A stretch of 63,156 nucleotides of DNA, filler included, from Trypethelium eluteriae (Eukaryota): NCBI GenBank assembly GCA_051942245.1. It is 3 parts of 3 records of this genome, joined end to end, with 100 filler letters (N's around TTAATTAATTAA, not from the genome) between each part and the next. Parts side by side here need not be neighbours in the genome. Positions count along the whole stretch, not along the records: positions 42,258 to 63,156 come from JAVECL010000483.1; 2 more parts are not named here. One strand, written 5' to 3'. This document shows positions 60,797-63,156 of this stretch, piece after piece. A program made the translations under genes and the position numbers. The notes beneath the pieces are model-generated. The model worked only from the letters and a program-made list of their open reading frames with translations, ran no database searches and was not told the DNA's origin. The number at the start of each line of letters is the position of its first letter. Position 1 is the stretch's first letter.

Positions 60797-63156
60797 ATGG
60801 AGGTCCTCTCTGCGGTCAGGCTACCTACACCTGAGCCTGCAGATGCTGTACCAACTGGATCCTCAGAACGGCGAAAGAGGTCACCCCCCTCCCGGTCGCC
60901 ATCACCACGCCGTCGTCCATCTCCGCCCAGACGACGCTCACTTTCGAGGAGCCCAGGCAAAGATGGCGTACCGCTCCGACGTAATCCTGGTCGTCGAGGT
61001 TCGGAGTCGCGGAGTCCAGATGGAGGTGGAGTTCCTTTGCCGCGAGATGTCGATCGTCGTCGGGCAGCCGAGCGACAGCGCCAACTCGACATCAGAATGA
61101 AGGAAGAAGCAACCGCTCCAGGCAAGCCTTTGACTAAGGAACAGAAAGAAGCTGCAGCCAAAGCTGAGTACGAGAAGCTGCTCAACATGCGATCTGGAGG
61201 AACCTACATACCACCGGCAAGATTACGGGCCATGCAGGCGCAAATCACGGACAAGACGAGCAAGGAATACCAACGCATGGCATGGGAAGCACTGAAGAAG
61301 AGTATCAATGGTCTCATCAACAAGGTCAATATCTCCAACATCAAACATATTGTGCCGGAGTTGTTTGGCGAAAACTTGATGAGAGGACGTGGCTTGTTCT
61401 GCCGAAGCATCATGAAAGCTCAAGCAGCCAGCTTACCCTTCACCCCCATCTATGCTGCGACTGTCGCCATTGTGAACACGAAGCTTCCTCAGGTGGGTGA
61501 GTTGCTTGTCAAGAGACTCATTGTGCAATTTAGGAAGGCATTTAAAAGGAACGACAAGGCTGTATGTCTGTCGTCAACAACATTCATTGCCCACTTGGTC
61601 AATCAGCAAGTAGTGAACGAAATGCTGGTGGCCCACATCCTGCTACTTTTGCTCAACAAGCCTACGGATGATAGCGTGGAGATAGGTGTGGGTCTGACTC
61701 GTGAAGTTGGACAGCATCTGGAAGAGTTTGCGGGGCCGATCGTTATGGCTATCTACGACCAGTTCAGAAGCATCTTGCACGAAGCTGATATCGACAAACG
61801 GACTCAGTACATGATTGAGGTCCTGTTCCAGGTCCGCAAAGATCGCTACAAGGACAATCCTGCTGTCAAAGAGGAGTTGGACTTGGTGGAAGAAGAGGAT
61901 CAGATTACACATCAGATCTCTTTGGAAGAGGACGTAGAGGTCCAAGATGGCTTGAATATTTTCAAATTCGACCCTGAATGGGAAGGGAATGAAGAAAGTT
62001 ATAAGAAGTTACGAGCCGAAATTTTGGGTGAAGCGGAAGGCAGTGGCGATGGAGAGGATGATGAGATGGACGACAGCTCGGATGACGAAGAGGTGAAAGA
62101 AGAACGTGCTATGGAGATCAAGGACGAGTCGAATACACAGCTGGTCAACTTGCGACGGACAATCTACCTCACCATTAAATCCAGCGGACAATTCGAAGAG
62201 TGCTGTCACAAGTTGATGAAGATCAACTTACCCGTGGGCCAAGAATATGAGCTAGTTTCCATGATTGTTGAGTGTGCATCTCAAGAGAGAACCTACGACA
62301 AGTTTTATGGTCTCATCGGAGAGCGTTTCTGCAAACTCAACCGCCTTTGGAACGACTTATTCGAGGAAGGTTTCATCAAATATTACGATACGATTCACAG
62401 ATACGAGGCCAACCGCCTTCGAATCATCGGTCAATTCTTTGGACATCTACTCGCCTCCAATGCGATTGGATGGCACGTATTGTCTACCATCCACCTCAAT
62501 GAAGACGAGACTACTTCCAGTAGCAGAATTTTCATCAAGATCCTCTTTGAAGATCTGAGCCAAGCCCTGGGCATGCGCAGCTTAGCTGCGAAACTGAAAG
62601 AGCCGCTATTGCAGCCAAGCTTAGCTGGCATCTTCCCTATGGACGATCCCCGTAACACTCGCTTCTCCATCAATTTCTTCACGGCCGTCGGTATGGGTGC
62701 AGTGACAGAGGGGATGCGCGAGTTCTTGAAGAACATGCCCAAACCGGAAGTCCCTGCTTTGCCAATGAAAGACGACGCAGACAACGAGAGCGTGAGCTCC
62801 TACTCCTCCTACTCCTCCTACTCTTCGGACTCCTCTCGATCCCGCTCTCCCTCTCGCACACCTCCTCGGCGCTCCAACCGCGACCGCCGCCGCAGCTACT
62901 CACGCTCCCCATCTCGCACCCCACCCCGCCGTCTCGCCCGTGGTCGCGACCGCAGTCCCTCCCGCTCAGTCACTCCTCCCCGCCGCTCCAAGCCCAGCGA
63001 GCCCCGTCGTCGTGGACGCAGTCCCAGCTCCTCCGTCTCCCCATCACGCAGCCCGCTTTCCCGCCGTTGTCGCCAACCCTCGTCTTCGCGCTCCCGCTCC
63101 ATCTCTTCGACCCCGCCACCCCGCCGCCGTCGTCCGCGTTCCTACTCTCGCTCTCC
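60797..63156 (+). CDS. CWC22: Pre-mRNA splicing factor Cwc22 (runs off window end)
   Basis: Manual translation: RSGGTYIPPARLR, YQRMAWEALKKSINGLINKVN, NLMRGRGLFCRSIMKAQ (MIF4G), LRRTIYLTI, ETTSSSRIFIKILF, NTRFSINFFT; RS-rich tail; no stop before window end. Confidence 0.95.
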   Translation, partial: MEVLSAVRLPTPEPADAVPTGSSERRKRSPPSRSPSPRRRPSPPRRRSLSRSPGKDGVPLRRNPGRRGSESRSPDGGGVPLPRDVDRRRAAERQRQLDIRMKEEATAPGKPLTKEQKEAAAKAEYEKLLNMRSGGTYIPPARLRAMQAQITDKTSKEYQRMAWEALKKSINGLINKVNISNIKHIVPELFGENLMRGRGLFCRSIMKAQAASLPFTPIYAATVAIVNTKLPQVGELLVKRLIVQFRKAFKRNDKAVCLSSTTFIAHLVNQQVVNEMLVAHILLLLLNKPTDDSVEIGVGLTREVGQHLEEFAGPIVMAIYDQFRSILHEADIDKRTQYMIEVLFQVRKDRYKDNPAVKEELDLVEEEDQITHQISLEEDVEVQDGLNIFKFDPEWEGNEESYKKLRAEILGEAEGSGDGEDDEMDDSSDDEEVKEERAMEIKDESNTQLVNLRRTIYLTIKSSGQFEECCHKLMKINLPVGQEYELVSMIVECASQERTYDKFYGLIGERFCKLNRLWNDLFEEGFIKYYDTIHRYEANRLRIIGQFFGHLLASNAIGWHVLSTIHLNEDETTSSSRIFIKILFEDLSQALGMRSLAAKLKEPLLQPSLAGIFPMDDPRNTRFSINFFTAVGMGAVTEGMREFLKNMPKPEVPALPMKDDADNESVSSYSSYSSYSSDSSRSRSPSRTPPRRSNRDRRRSYSRSPSRTPPRRLARGRDRSPSRSVTPPRRSKPSEPRRRGRSPSSSVSPSRSPLSRRCRQPSSSRSRSISSTPPPRRRRPRSYSRS

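Overview
Intron-containing fungal (filamentous ascomycete) genomic DNA made of three contigs joined by artificial 100-nt linkers (N44-TTAATTAATTAA-N44 at 21040-21139 and 42158-42257). Positions ~1-18200 form an accessory block: MYND protein, cytochrome P450, F-box-like protein, two SDRs, a Zn2Cys6 transcription factor, a secreted protein of unknown function, and a compact fungal RiPP (dikaritin-type) locus. That locus is the main result and is largely missed by the ORF track. It contains a spliced, secreted 126-aa precursor (14503-14936, minus) with seven tandem 14-aa repeats, consensus EEDNDE[I/L]YYGLKAR. The precursor is divergently paired with a 7-exon DUF3328/UstYa oxidase, followed by a second, intronless HxxHC oxidase. 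From ~18460 onward the genes are mostly conserved housekeeping genes: HEM14, COQ1 3' exon, ACO2, MYG1, ICE2, SepH/Cdc15, RAD52, LTO1, MES1, ALDH, PRI2, PHO13, APE4, CDH1, a DCAF8-like WD40 gene, DPM2 and CWC22. All family assignments come from manual translation and motif recognition; no database search was run.
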